Notes: a model not told the origin generated them from the letters alone. DNA of 64,000 nucleotides from Alphaproteobacteria bacterium (GCA_964291265.2 OZ219747.1:1760001-1824000); one strand, 5' to 3'; shown: positions 20,275 through 31,084, counted from the first letter of the stretch. A program made the numbers and translations.

Positions 20275-21441
20275 ATGCGGGTTCTTGCCGACACGGAGAG
20301 TATCAGCGGCTTCTGCAGTCGTGTGCGGGGCGATGCCTGGATCACCGTCGATACGGAGTTCATTCCGGAGCGCACGTACTGGCCGCAGTTGTGCCTCGTC
20401 CAGATTGCCGGCTCCGGGGAGGCCGCGGTCATCGATGCCCTGGCGGACGGAGCCGATCTGACGCCCGTCTTCGATCTCATGACCGACAGGAATGTGCTCA
20501 AGGTGTTCCATGCGGGCCGCCAGGACCTGGAGCTTCTCTTCCATCTTGGCGGCTCTCTGCCGGCACCGGTCTTCGATACCCAGGTGGCGGCCATGGCCTG
20601 CGGTCATGGCGAGCAGGTCGGTTACGCCCGGATTGTCGAGGCGGTCACCGGCAGGTCCATCGGCAAGGGAGCGCAGATCACGGACTGGTCGAAACGGCCG
20701 CTCTCCCGGAAGCAGATCGCCTATGCCCTCGACGATGTGATCTGCCTTCGCCGGGTCTATGAACACCTCTCTTCCGTGCTGGCCAGCAAGGGCCGCGAGG
20801 CATGGGTTGGTGAGAGAATGGCATGGCTCAATGACCCGCAGACCTACCGGAATGACGTGTCCCAAGCCTGGATGCGCATCAGGAAGAAGCCCCGGCGGCC
20901 GCGCGAACTCGCGGTCTTGCGCGAAATCGCGGCATGGCGCGAGCGGCTGGCGCAGGAAACGAACCGTCCCCGCCGACGCATCATGACCGATGACGCCCTC
21001 GTGGCCATCGCCACCTCCCGGCCGCAGACCCAGGAAGCGCTCAAGGAGATCCGGCTGGTTCCGCACGGCATGGCGAGAGGCTCCCGGGGACACCAGGTCG
21101 TCCAGGCGGTCAATCGCGCCATGACGCTTGGCACGGACGCCCTGCCGCGGCTTGATGAAAGTCAGCCCGCGCGTGTGCCGCTCGTCCTTGCCGATCTCAT
21201 CCGCACCCTGATCAACGCCCGTTGCGAGGAACTCGGCGTGGCACAGGCGCTGATCGCCAGTTCAGACGAGATCCGCCGGTTCGCCGCCACGCCTCCGGGC
21301 GACAGCCCGCTGGCAAGTGGCTGGCGCTACGACCTGCTTGGACGGGACATCGAACGTCTGCGCGACGGAACGCTGGCGCTGTCCCTGGAAGGGGGAACGC
21401 TGAAACTGGTTCCGCTTCCAGGTCAGTCGCTTGCCGGATAG
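20275..21441 (+). CDS. rnd: Ribonuclease D
   Basis: VDTEF..ERTYWPQLCLVQ, KVFHAGRQD, FDTQ, TDWSKRPL, YALDDV; HRDC domain. Confidence 0.95.
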   Translation: MRVLADTESISGFCSRVRGDAWITVDTEFIPERTYWPQLCLVQIAGSGEAAVIDALADGADLTPVFDLMTDRNVLKVFHAGRQDLELLFHLGGSLPAPVFDTQVAAMACGHGEQVGYARIVEAVTGRSIGKGAQITDWSKRPLSRKQIAYALDDVICLRRVYEHLSSVLASKGREAWVGERMAWLNDPQTYRNDVSQAWMRIRKKPRRPRELAVLREIAAWRERLAQETNRPRRRIMTDDALVAIATSRPQTQEALKEIRLVPHGMARGSRGHQVVQAVNRAMTLGTDALPRLDESQPARVPLVLADLIRTLINARCEELGVAQALIASSDEIRRFAATPPGDSPLASGWRYDLLGRDIERLRDGTLALSLEGGTLKLVPLPGQSLAG

Positions 21442-23324
21442 CCGATGGTCGCCAGGACGTCCCTGATTTCGTCCAGCGTGGCGGGATCCTCGATGGTGGC
21501 CGGCATGGGCACGGTGTCACCGTCGGCGATCTGTCGCATGGAACGGCGCAGGATCTTGCCCGACCGGGTCTTGGGAAGTCGGGGAACGATCACCGCCTTG
21601 CGAAAGTTCGCCACGGCCCCGATATCGTTGCGCACCCGGCGTACGGCATCTTCCACGATTTCGGAATGGGTGGTGGTCGAGGTCGCTTTCAGCACCAGAA
21701 GTCCGACGGGGACCTGGCCGCGCAATGCGTCGGCCACGCCGATCACGGCGCATTCGGCGACATCGGGCAAGGCTGCCAGGATTTCTTCCATGGCGCCTGT
21801 CGACAGGCGGTGCCCGGCAACGTTCATGACATCGTCGGTGCGGCCCATGATGTAGAGATAGCCGTCGCTGTCGTACATGCCGGCATCACCGGTCGAATAG
21901 TACCCGGGGTACTCGTCGAGATAGCTCGAGACATAGCCCTCATCGTTGTTCCACAGGGTCGGCAGCGAACTCGGCGGCAGGGGGAGACGCACGCAGACGG
22001 CGCCCGTGGTGCCGGATGGCAGGCGATGTCCGCGGGCATCGAGCACGTCAATGGCGTATCCGGGTGTCGGCCGGCCCGGCGAGCCGTGCCGTACCGGGAG
22101 ATCGTCGATACCACGGCAATAGGCAGCCATCGCCCAACCCGTCTCGGTTTGCCACCAGTGGTCGACCACCGGCCGTGCCAGTGCCTCTTCTGCCCATGCG
22201 ATGGTGTCCGGATCGGCGCGTTCTCCGGCAAGGAAGAGGGTGCGAAAAGCGGAGAGATCCGCCGCCGCGAGGAAGTTGCCTTCCGGATCGTCTCGACAGA
22301 TGGCGCGGATCGCGGTCGGCGCCGTGAAGAGGGCCGCCACGCCATGACGCTCGATGACGCGCCAGAACACCCCGGCGTCGGGTGTGCCGACCGGCTTGCC
22401 CTCGAAGAGGATTGTCGGATTTCCGTGGAGGAGCGGTGCATAGACGATGTAGCTGTGACCGACGACCCAGCCGATATCGCTCGCCGCCCACCAGCACTCG
22501 CCGGGTGACATGTCATAGATCGCCTTCATGGTCCACATGAGTGCCACCGCGTGCCCGCCGTTGTCCCGCACGACGCCCTTCGGCTTGCCAGTGGTTCCGG
22601 AAGTATAGAGGATGTAGAGCGGGTCGGTGGCAGCCACAGGAACCCAGTCAACGGGTGTCGCCCGTGCCACTTCCTCGTACCAGTCATGGTCACGTCCTGT
22701 CTTCAGCTGGGCGGATTGCTGTTCCCGAGCCAGGACGATCATCGTTCCGGGTACGTGTGATGCGAGGGTGAATGCCTCCTCGAGTATGGGGAGATAGGGG
22801 ATGATGCGGCCCGGTTCCACGCCGCAGGTGGCGGTGAGAACCACTTTCGGCGTCGCGTCATCGAGGCGCTTGGCGACCTCCGCCGCGGCGAACCCGCCGA
22901 ACACCACCGAGTGGACGGCACCGATTCGGGCACAGGCCAGCATCGCTATGACAGCCTCGGGCACGGCAGGCATGTAGATCACGACACGGTCTCCACGGGT
23001 GACCGAGTGGTTGCTCAGGACACCGGCGAATGCAGCCACGTCGCGCTTGAGCTCGCTGTAGGTCAGCGTTCGCCTGGCGCCGGTGATCGGACTCTCCCAG
23101 ATCAGTGCGAGTTGATCGCCGCGTCCGTTGTCCACGTGACGATCGATGGCATTCCAGCACGTGTTGGTCTCACCCCCGGAGAACCAGCGATAGAAGGGCG
23201 CCCGGGTGTCGTCGAGCACCCGATCCCAGGGCCTAGTCCAGCAGATGTGACTGGCCAATTCCTCCCAGTAGCCGTCTGGATCTGCCAGCGATCGATGGTA
23301 GATGCCCTGATATGCCTGAGACAT
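21423..23324 (-). CDS. prpE: Propionyl-CoA synthetase
   Basis: YILYTSGTTGKPKGVVRDNGGH, DHWWQTETG, LPKTRSGKILR. Confidence 0.9.
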   Translation of the reverse strand: MSQAYQGIYHRSLADPDGYWEELASHICWTRPWDRVLDDTRAPFYRWFSGGETNTCWNAIDRHVDNGRGDQLALIWESPITGARRTLTYSELKRDVAAFAGVLSNHSVTRGDRVVIYMPAVPEAVIAMLACARIGAVHSVVFGGFAAAEVAKRLDDATPKVVLTATCGVEPGRIIPYLPILEEAFTLASHVPGTMIVLAREQQSAQLKTGRDHDWYEEVARATPVDWVPVAATDPLYILYTSGTTGKPKGVVRDNGGHAVALMWTMKAIYDMSPGECWWAASDIGWVVGHSYIVYAPLLHGNPTILFEGKPVGTPDAGVFWRVIERHGVAALFTAPTAIRAICRDDPEGNFLAAADLSAFRTLFLAGERADPDTIAWAEEALARPVVDHWWQTETGWAMAAYCRGIDDLPVRHGSPGRPTPGYAIDVLDARGHRLPSGTTGAVCVRLPLPPSSLPTLWNNDEGYVSSYLDEYPGYYSTGDAGMYDSDGYLYIMGRTDDVMNVAGHRLSTGAMEEILAALPDVAECAVIGVADALRGQVPVGLLVLKATSTTTHSEIVEDAVRRVRNDIGAVANFRKAVIVPRLPKTRSGKILRRSMRQIADGDTVPMPATIEDPATLDEIRDVLATIGYPASD

Positions 23325-23445
23325 GGCTCCAGCCCCCGGTTCAACGGAACACATGGTAGGGTCCTTCGGTGCGCCCTGAAAGACACGGTCGGTGCCCGGT
23401 GTTCGGTCGATTGACGGGGCAGGCCCATCGGTGCGAGGAAGAATC

Positions 23446-24930
23446 ATGTCGACGAACCCGTCTCCCGACCTCGCGGAAGCGATCGACCGGCTCGCCGGCG
23501 CCCGCGTCATGGTGATCGGCGACGTCATGCTCGATCGTTTCATCTACGGTGACGTGGAGCGGATCTCTCCCGAAGCGCCTGTTCCCGTGCTGCGCGTCGA
23601 GACCGAGGCCGCCATGCCGGGAGGGGCCGGCAATGTCCTGCGCAACCTGGTCGCCATTGACGCGCGGGTGTGCTTCGTGGCCGTCGTGGGAGACGATCAG
23701 GTCGGCCGCGACCTGATTTCCATGATCGCCCGGGAAGAGGGCGTGGAGCCCTATGTGCTGGTGGAGCGCAACCGGGTTTCCACCCGCAAGGACCGGTTCG
23801 TCGACGGCGGACACCAGCTGTTGCGCGCCGATCATGAGACGGATCGCGCCATCTTGCCGGAGACGGCATCGAGGATCGTCGACATTGCCGCTCACGCCAT
23901 CCCGGGTGTCGATGTCCTCGTCCTGTCGGACTATGCCAAGGGCGTGATGACGGCGGAGGTCACCGGTGCCGTCATGGCCGCGGCGCGTCAGGCGGGCATC
24001 CCTGTCATCGTCGATCCCAAGAGCCATGCATTTCGGCGTTACCGCGGAGCCAGCGTTCTCACGCCCAACCGCCAGGAACTGGCCATGGCGGCCCGTATGG
24101 AGGTGAACGGGGATGAGGCCATTGTCACGGCGGCTCGTACGGTCATGGAAGAAACGGACGCCGGGTGCATCCTTGTCACGCGGAGCGCCGCCGGCATGTC
24201 CCTCGTCGAACGCAACGGCGCAGTTCTCCACCTGCCGGCGGAAGTGCGTGAGGTCTATGACGTTTCCGGGGCCGGAGACACCGTGGTCGCGGTGTTTGCT
24301 GCTGCCCTGGGGCAAGGGCTCGCGCCGGAGGTCGCGGCCCGCCTGGCCAATCTTGCCGGTGGTGTGGCGGTGAGCAAGAGCGGCACTGCGGTGGTCGGCA
24401 CCGACGACCTGCGGCATGTCCTGCACGGCCAGGCCTTCGAGAGCAACGAGGCGAAGATCGTGTCCATCGAGACGGCCCTGCACATGGTCGCCTCGTGGCG
24501 CGAATCCGCAGAGCGGATCGGCTTTACCAACGGCTGCTTCGATCTGCTCCATCCCGGCCATGTCTCGCTCCTGCGCCAGGCCCGCCGCCAGTGCGACCGG
24601 CTGGTGGTGGCGCTCAACAGCGATACCTCGGTTCAGGACCTCAAGGGTCCTCGCCGTCCCGTGCAGTCCGAGATTTCCAGGGCCCAGATCCTCGCCTCGA
24701 TGGCGGACGTGGACCTGGTGGTCGTCTTCAGCGAGGCCACGCCGCTGGCCCTGATCGAGCGCCTGCGACCGGAGGTCCTGGTGAAGGGGGCAGACTACCG
24801 GCTCGACGAGGTCGTCGGCGCCGATTTCGTGACCTCCTATGGCGGCCGGGTCCACCTTGCCGATCTTGTCGACGGGTTCAGCACGACCGCGACGGTGACG
24901 AGGATGTCGCCCGACTCCGACGGGGGATGA
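23446..24930 (+). CDS. hldE: Bifunctional heptose-7-phosphate kinase / heptose-1-phosphate adenylyltransferase
   Basis: RISPEAPVP, SDYAKG, DVSGAGDT, FTNGCFDLLHPGH, LVKGADY. Confidence 0.95.
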   Translation: MSTNPSPDLAEAIDRLAGARVMVIGDVMLDRFIYGDVERISPEAPVPVLRVETEAAMPGGAGNVLRNLVAIDARVCFVAVVGDDQVGRDLISMIAREEGVEPYVLVERNRVSTRKDRFVDGGHQLLRADHETDRAILPETASRIVDIAAHAIPGVDVLVLSDYAKGVMTAEVTGAVMAAARQAGIPVIVDPKSHAFRRYRGASVLTPNRQELAMAARMEVNGDEAIVTAARTVMEETDAGCILVTRSAAGMSLVERNGAVLHLPAEVREVYDVSGAGDTVVAVFAAALGQGLAPEVAARLANLAGGVAVSKSGTAVVGTDDLRHVLHGQAFESNEAKIVSIETALHMVASWRESAERIGFTNGCFDLLHPGHVSLLRQARRQCDRLVVALNSDTSVQDLKGPRRPVQSEISRAQILASMADVDLVVVFSEATPLALIERLRPEVLVKGADYRLDEVVGADFVTSYGGRVHLADLVDGFSTTATVTRMSPDSDGG

Positions 24931-24975
24931 CCGTCCCCGGCCGTCCCACGCCGAGGCTCGTTGTGTCCGGCAGGG

Positions 24976-25155
24976 TCAGGCAGGACTGCTCACGTTCGAC
25001 ATTCGTTCAATCTGCTCCTTGATCTGGAGTTTTCGGCGCTTGAGATCCGTGAGATGGGCCTGATCCGGTAGCGGGCGATGGGATTCATCATGGATTTCCT
25101 GCTCGAGTTCTGCATGCCGCGCTTCCAGGACAGCCAGATCATCGGGATGTGTCAT
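24976..25155 (-). CDS. DUF465/YdcH family protein
   Basis: LEARHAELEQEI..E..RPLPD...LKRRKLQIKEQI; GGAGG RBS. Confidence 0.85.
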   Translation of the reverse strand: MTHPDDLAVLEARHAELEQEIHDESHRPLPDQAHLTDLKRRKLQIKEQIERMSNVSSPA

Positions 25156-25365
25156 CGATTCCTCCACCAGGATACTTGTTGTCGGCTGCATGCCGAACAG
25201 GGCCGCAAGGCGAAAGACCTGTCCGGTCATGACCTGACGGGCAGTATAGGAAGGAAGGGGCGTGGTGGCCAATCAGGAACGCCTGCCTCCCGTGGGCAAC
25301 CGGCCATCCTGACCTGTCTCTGATACTCTCCCCTGCAGGCGAGATCCCGATGGAAGAGAGACCCC

Positions 25366-25752
25366 ATGCGCCACATCCTTGTTGCCGTTGTCACGATGAT
25401 CCTGTTGTTGTCGCCGCCATTGACCGCTGGCGATGGCAGCGCATTCGCCCCGCACGGTCTGAACCCTCTCCATGCCGAAGCCGAGTATCCCATCCCGGGG
25501 GGGGGACATCCCTTGCTGTTCTGCGGCGACAAGTTCATCTCGCTTCTCGTTGTGGGGTTCCTCAACTCGAATGTGCAGCACGTGATTCCTCTCGGGGAAC
25601 CAAGCATGAACGCCTTTCGCAAGAGCGATATCGAGCGAGTGCTCATGCCTTCGGGAATGAACACTCGTATCTTTGTCGCTACATTGGGGGAGAACTACTA
25701 TGGTGTCGAGACTTGGACAGACGCGCGCGCCATCCTCGAATGTCTGGATTGA
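25366..25752 (+). CDS. Hypothetical secreted protein
   Basis: Signal peptide MRHILVAVVTMILLLSPPLTA; 128 aa; lower GC than the flanks. Confidence 0.6.
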   Translation: MRHILVAVVTMILLLSPPLTAGDGSAFAPHGLNPLHAEAEYPIPGGGHPLLFCGDKFISLLVVGFLNSNVQHVIPLGEPSMNAFRKSDIERVLMPSGMNTRIFVATLGENYYGVETWTDARAILECLD

Positions 25753-25784
25753 GAGCTCCATCCCGCCTTGCCTCGGGGGTGTCG

Positions 25785-25956
25785 TTGAACGCACCGAAGG
25801 TATGCCCCGTGCGGCCATGTGTTCCAGGGCAAGGGGTGGGAAGGCATCGATGCGCACTGGAAATGCAAGCACGGTGACATCATGTCCTATGAGGATGCGT
25901 GGCCATTGATCAGGGACAACAGGGACCTCAGCAGCCTGTCGGATTGGGCATCATGA
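25785..25956 (+). pseudogene. Small Zn-finger protein pseudogene (paralog of 237-479)
   Basis: TTG-NAPKVCP, then a frameshift to CGHVFQGKGWEGIDAHWKCKHGDIMSYEDAWPLI. Confidence 0.65.
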
Positions 25957-26257
25957 CCACGACATCGGAGGAACCACGTGCCCGGGTGCCCCTGAGACAC
26001 AAGCCAGCTTGTCGGGCACATCGCCGATGTAGCGACTCGCGGGACCGAGAAGTGACCGCCGCGCCCGAAGGCTTACGGTACAGCGCAAAGGCGGTTGAGG
26101 TGTGGTGTTGCGCGGGTGCAGACCCTTGCGTCCAGGCAAAACCGGGATCTTGCCGGGAAGGCTGCCGCTACGCGGTGGAGGGCGTGATGAGTCTCGCGCT
26201 TCTGGATCGGGAAGGGTTGATGGTTCATGCTACGCGGGGAAGGAGAGATCGCTGATC

Positions 26258-26755
26258 ATGCCGGAAGGGATGGCCAATACGCCGTGGTGGGTTGTCCTTG
26301 GGATCGTCGTTGCGGTGGTCACAGCACTCATCCGGGGCGCTCTTTGGGCCGGTAGCGTCAACACCAGGCTGGACTCGCTCAGCAAGACCGTCAGCGATGG
26401 CTTTGCTGAGGTCCGCGCGGACCTCAAGAAGATACTGGAGCGCCAGTCCCCGCCGCCTGCTGTGGAGGAGCGCAGCCCGATCCAGTTCACAGGCTTCGGG
26501 CGCGAGCTCTCGGCAACCGGTTCTGCGGGCGCGTGGGCACTGACGAATGCGTCCAACCTTGAAGCAGAAGCCGCCGGCAAGTAAGAGTTCGAGGTCTTCG
26601 AGTTGTGCGTCTCGTATGTCGGAAAGCAGTACGAGACTGATTCTGACTTTCAGCGCACCGTGAAAGCCGCGGCATATCAGCACGGGATCGAGCCCGATCA
26701 GGTCTTGAAGGAGTATCAGGTCGGATTGCGGGACCGCTTGCTGCCAGCCAACTAG
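26258..26755 (+). pseudogene. Membrane-anchored hypothetical protein with an in-frame stop
   Basis: TM N-terminus; TAA at 26582-26584 followed by 56 further sense codons to TAG 26755. Confidence 0.55.
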
Positions 26756-26826
26756 CCCACCCGCTTGGTCACTTGGATTGATCTTGACCGTTATGCTGGG
26801 GCATCGTTCTGCCCTGTGTTCCCCTC

Positions 26827-27180
26827 ATGAACACGCTCAGACGGCAGGAAGCGTACGCTGATCATCCGGCTTCTGGTCGAGGGTCACAGCATCCGCTCGA
26901 CTTCACGGATCGCGGACGTGGCGAAGAACGCCGTGATCGAGTTTGCTCATCAATGCTGGCAATGTCTGCGAGACACACCAGGCGGATGTGCTCCGCGATC
27001 TGCCGTGCGAGCTCATCCAGGTCGATGAGATTCGGGCGTTCATCCATGCGGTCTTCGCGTGACCTCCGCGGTGGGAGCTGGCGTGACGAACAAGCCTCCG
27101 GGACGTGGAGGATATCGTGGCGCTCGTCGAGGAAGCGGGCCCGTAACCCGGTCCACGCGGCCCCTGCAAGAGGAAGATGT
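26827..27180 (+). mobile_element. IS1-like transposase remnant (internally deleted)
   Basis: MNTL / KRTLIIRLLVEGHSIRSTSRIADVAKNAV / LIQVDEI, then the C-terminal DVEDIVALVEE...PGPRGPCKRK. Confidence 0.6.
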
Positions 27181-27275
27181 CAGGATGGTCCGTCATCTTC
27201 CTGTGCTCCGGCTGTTTCGCCGAATCGACAGGGTGTAGGATCGGGCGGAGCTGCCTGCGGAGGAGGTGACGGGTC

Positions 27276-27764
27276 ATGGTCGAAGTGGGCGTCATCATGG
27301 GAAGCCAGTCGGACTGGGATACCATGCGCCATGCCGCCGAAACACTGGGAGAGATCGGCATCCCGCATGAGGTCAGGATCGTTTCGGCCCATCGTACGCC
27401 CGACCGGCTCTTTGCCTATGCCGAGGCCGCCCGGGGCCGCGGCCTGAAGGTCATCATCGCCGGTGCCGGCGGCGCGGCGCACCTGCCGGGCATGGCGGCA
27501 GCCAAGACCTCGCTTCCGGTGCTCGGGGTTCCTGTCCGGAGCCGGGCGCTCAATGGCATCGACAGCCTGCTCTCCATCGTGCAGATGCCGGCCGGAGTGC
27601 CGGTCGGCACGCTTGCCATCGGCAGGTCGGGCGCCATCAATGCCGCTCTCCTGGCCGCCGCCATCGTCGGCCTCGTCAATCCGCACGTGGCCCGGGCCCT
27701 CGAGGACTGGCGGAGCGAGCAGACCGGATCCGTGGCCGAACATCCCGACGTCGATGGACGATGA
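27276..27764 (+). CDS. purE: N5-CAIR mutase
   Basis: [36 protein letters not shown]. Confidence 0.97.
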   Translation: MVEVGVIMGSQSDWDTMRHAAETLGEIGIPHEVRIVSAHRTPDRLFAYAEAARGRGLKVIIAGAGGAAHLPGMAAAKTSLPVLGVPVRSRALNGIDSLLSIVQMPAGVPVGTLAIGRSGAINAALLAAAIVGLVNPHVARALEDWRSEQTGSVAEHPDVDGR

Positions 27765-28830
27765 CAGGCGCGTGGTGCCGCCGGGTGGCGTCATCGGCAT
27801 CGTCGGTGGCGGCCAGCTCGGTCGCATGGCGGCCCTTGCCGCTGCGGCGCTGGGCTACCGTTGCCATGTGTTCTGTCCCGCAGAGGAGAGCCCGGCCGTG
27901 GAGGTGGCCCACGCCGCGACCATCGGGGCATACGATGATGCCGACAGTATCGAGACCTTCGCCTCGTCGGTGGATGTCATCACTTTCGAATTCGAGAACC
28001 TGCCGGTGGCATCCTTCCGGCACATGGCCCGGCATGCACCGGTGCGTCCCCACTGGCGTTGTCTGGAGATGACCCAGCACCGGGTGAGGGAGAAGGAATT
28101 CCTGATCGATCAGGGGTGCGCCACCGCACCCTACGCCGCCCTTCCCGGACCCGGTGAGAGACTCGCGACAACCGGCAGCCCGGCGATCCTCAAGACGGCG
28201 CGCATGGGCTATGACGGCAAGGGTCAGGTTCGCGTCGCGCGCCAGCAGGACCTCGAGGATGCCTGGGTGGCCATGGGGCGCCGGGATGCCATCCTGGAAG
28301 GCGTCGTCGACTTCATCATGGAGGTCTCGTCCATCGTCGCCCGCGACAACCATGGCGCCATCCGGGCATTCGATGTCGTTGCGAACACCCATCGCGACGG
28401 CATTCTGGCGGAAACCCGGGCGCCCGCGCCGCTCCCCGGGGAGGTGGCCGATGCCGCTGTCGCCATGGCCGGTCGTCTGGCCGAGGCTCTCGACCTCGTC
28501 GGTCTCCTGGCGGTGGAGATGTTCGTCGCTCCCGGCCATCGCCTTCTGGTGAACGAACTGGCCGCCAGACCCCACAACTCGGGGCACTGGACCATCGATG
28601 CCTGCCGCACCAGCCAGTTCGAACAGTTCATCCGCGCCGTGGCCGGATTGCCCCTGGGCGATCCGACCCGCCACAGCGACGCCGTGATGACCAATCTTCT
28701 GGGTGACGACGCATCATCCTGGCACGACATTCTCTCCAGTGGCGATGCCAAGCTCCACCTCTACGGCAAGACCCAGGCGCTGCCGGGCCGCAAGATGGGC
28801 CACGTCACGCGGCTCTGTCCACTGGAGTGA
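27754..28830 (+). CDS. purK: N5-CAIR synthetase
   Basis: [44 protein letters not shown]. Confidence 0.96.
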   Translation: MDDDRRVVPPGGVIGIVGGGQLGRMAALAAAALGYRCHVFCPAEESPAVEVAHAATIGAYDDADSIETFASSVDVITFEFENLPVASFRHMARHAPVRPHWRCLEMTQHRVREKEFLIDQGCATAPYAALPGPGERLATTGSPAILKTARMGYDGKGQVRVARQQDLEDAWVAMGRRDAILEGVVDFIMEVSSIVARDNHGAIRAFDVVANTHRDGILAETRAPAPLPGEVADAAVAMAGRLAEALDLVGLLAVEMFVAPGHRLLVNELAARPHNSGHWTIDACRTSQFEQFIRAVAGLPLGDPTRHSDAVMTNLLGDDASSWHDILSSGDAKLHLYGKTQALPGRKMGHVTRLCPLE

Positions 28831-29172
28831 GTCAGCGGTTGAGCGCCCTCCTGATGCTCGGCGGTCTGGATGCCTGTCTTCTGCCTCCTCGATTCACCCT
28901 GTTTCGTACCTGAGGAGGAGTAGGGGCCTCGAGCCACGGCTCGGCGGGGACTGTCGGCACTGCACGGCCGGCGGTCCGCGCTGGATCCTCGGGCTGACAC
29001 CGTGGGAACTGGACCAGGATCGATGGGCGAGCGCCCTCGCGCAGGCAATGTCATGACGCACCGCTCGACGTTGTGATCAGCCTCCGGATCGCGTGCGAGC
29101 CCTGTCGGGTGGAGGAAACCCGGTGCTGACGACACGTCGGCGGCGTGGCTGTTGAGGGCGATACCGACCCCG

Positions 29173-29817
29173 TCATCGGTTGGGTCGGCAGCCGGAAAAA
29201 GGCGACCGTGACATTGCGAATCGGACTATCGGCCCCGGTCGCAGCCGGGGTTTCAGCCTGCCGATGGACATGACATCGGCGATGCGGCGCTCGAGGAAGG
29301 CCCAGGTCCTTTCACGGCCGGGGCTGTCGTCGTTGAGCCAGCACAGCAGCGTGGCCGCATGGACGCCCGCCAGCAGCAGGCGCTTGGTGTAGTGATTGAA
29401 GTCGGTCGCCGTGTCACCGGCGGCATGCCAGATGGCGTCGGCCGTGCGCCAGAGCGCCCTGGCGCCGGAGGGGCCGGTCTTCACGGCCGTGGCCCTCAGC
29501 ACCGCCTCGCGATGTTCGCCATCGACCTCGAGGCGGACTCTCACCGCCGTGGCGATGCGGTCGCGCACCCTCATGTCGGCAAGGTTGATCCGGGAGAGCT
29601 CATCGAGCATGGCGCGGTCGCCCTCGGCGAGAAAGAAGGGCACCATCTCGTCGGCTCCTTCCGGAAACAGCCGCCGCGCCTCGCCCTCCGCCATGCCGGC
29701 ATCGGCGGCGCCGGCGTCGATCGATGCGCGGGTCCAGCCGTCGAAGGGCACGTGGGGGAGGGTGGCGGCGAGAAGGCGCCTGCGGAGTTCCTGCCTGGTG
29801 GCGGAAGCTGCCGTCAT
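29173..29817 (-). CDS. COQ9 family protein
   Basis: HVPFDGW, ADAIWHAAGDTATDFNHYTKR, TWAFLERRI; typical position near rpsU. Confidence 0.9.
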   Translation of the reverse strand: MTAASATRQELRRRLLAATLPHVPFDGWTRASIDAGAADAGMAEGEARRLFPEGADEMVPFFLAEGDRAMLDELSRINLADMRVRDRIATAVRVRLEVDGEHREAVLRATAVKTGPSGARALWRTADAIWHAAGDTATDFNHYTKRLLLAGVHAATLLCWLNDDSPGRERTWAFLERRIADVMSIGRLKPRLRPGPIVRFAMSRSPFSGCRPNR

Positions 29818-30341
29818 GAGCCGTCCCCTTCGACGCGCCAGCGGCGCTCGGAACTGAAGATGAGGTGTCGCATGTCCGTCATCCTTTGCGGATAGAGGAT
29901 GCCGTCGAGATGGTCGAATTCGTGCTGGACCACCACCGCATGATGGCCGTCCACGGTCCTCGAGATCTCTGCACCCTCAGGCGTGGTGCCTGAATAGCTC
30001 ACCCTGGGCGCCCGCGGTACAAGCCCCTGCAACCCGGGAAGCGAGAGACATCCCTCCCAGCCTTCCACCCACTCGTCCGTGAGGATCTCGTGGCGGGGGT
30101 TGACGAGGGCCAGGACCGGTTTGTCCTCCGGGGCACCGGGAGGCATGAACACGACGATGCGCAAGGGGACATGAACCTGGGGAGCGGCGAGACCCACGCC
30201 GCCCGCATCGTGCATGGTCTCGATCATGTCCGCGACGAGCAGGCGCACCTCGGGCGCCGTCGGGTCCGCCACCTCCTCGGCGCGCCTGGCCAGCGCCGGA
30301 TGTCCCATGCGCGCGATCTTCAGCAAGGCCACCGGGGGCAC
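29814..30341 (-). CDS. def: Peptide deformylase
   Basis: GVGLAAPQ, EGCLS, QHEFDHLDG. Confidence 0.96.
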   Translation of the reverse strand: MPPVALLKIARMGHPALARRAEEVADPTAPEVRLLVADMIETMHDAGGVGLAAPQVHVPLRIVVFMPPGAPEDKPVLALVNPRHEILTDEWVEGWEGCLSLPGLQGLVPRAPRVSYSGTTPEGAEISRTVDGHHAVVVQHEFDHLDGILYPQRMTDMRHLIFSSERRWRVEGDGS

Positions 30342-30579
30342 TCCTCGCCCATCACGATGTCCCCTTCAAGGCAACGGCAACCGACTCCGCTGCGGGCGGC
30401 CGCGAAATCCGGCATGTTCGATTCCCGTCAGGAAACGCGATCGCACACAGGCGGCGGGTGCAGGTCGAAAGCTCGCCTCCGGGACGCCCGAGGATCGAAC
30501 ACCGCCGCGCGCTCCGCAGAAACCCGGGGAAGAGATCGTTCAGCCCTGGGTTCAGCTCAACCCGTGCGGACGACGGACA

Positions 30580-30751
30580 ACTGATCCCGCCTGCATGGAT
30601 CGGCATGATGGCGCCCCCGGTCAGCGGATCGATGACAGCCGGCTGCAGTGCCTCGGGCGTGGCGTCGGGAAAGTCCGGACGGGGGACATTGCCGAGAGAC
30701 GACGGCCCCTCGATCCGGTCGAGGCGGATATCCCCAAGCGTCACCATCATC
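30580..30751 (-). pseudogene. Possible MBL-fold hydrolase N-terminal remnant
   Basis: MVTLGDIRLDRIE...FPDATPEAL..DPLTGGAIMPIHA resembles the N-terminus of MBL-fold hydrolases; no HxHxDH retained. Confidence 0.35.
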
Positions 30752-30864
30752 GATTCCCTGCCCATGCACCCTTCACAAGCCCCTCGTTGCCATGGTAATA
30801 GCATATGGGCAAGTCTGTCACGATGCTGGCCGTTCCGAGCGGCCGAACCTTGAGGAGAAGACCC

Positions 30865-31074
30865 ATCGTTCACATCATTGTCCGCGACAACAATGTCGAC
30901 CAGGCCCTGCGGGCGCTGAAGAAAAAGCTGCAGCGCGAGGGCGTCTACCGTGAAATGAAACTGCGCCGTCACTTCGAGAAGCCCTCGGAGAAGAAGAAGC
31001 GCGAGCGCGCCGAAGGCGTGCGACGAGCCCGCAAGATGGCCCGCAAGCGGGCGCTGAGAGAAGGCAGCGCCTAG
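30865..31074 (+). CDS. rpsU: 30S ribosomal protein S21
   Basis: [33 protein letters not shown]; start uncertain (ATC 30865 or GTT 30868 after GAGGAG, or upstream TTG/ATG). Confidence 0.95.
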   Translation: MVHIIVRDNNVDQALRALKKKLQREGVYREMKLRRHFEKPSEKKKRERAEGVRRARKMARKRALREGSA

Positions 31075-31084
31075 ATTTGCAGCC

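Noticed and set aside
28831-29172. ncRNA or small gene between purK and the COQ9 gene
   Set aside because: No recognisable RNA motif or convincing ORF
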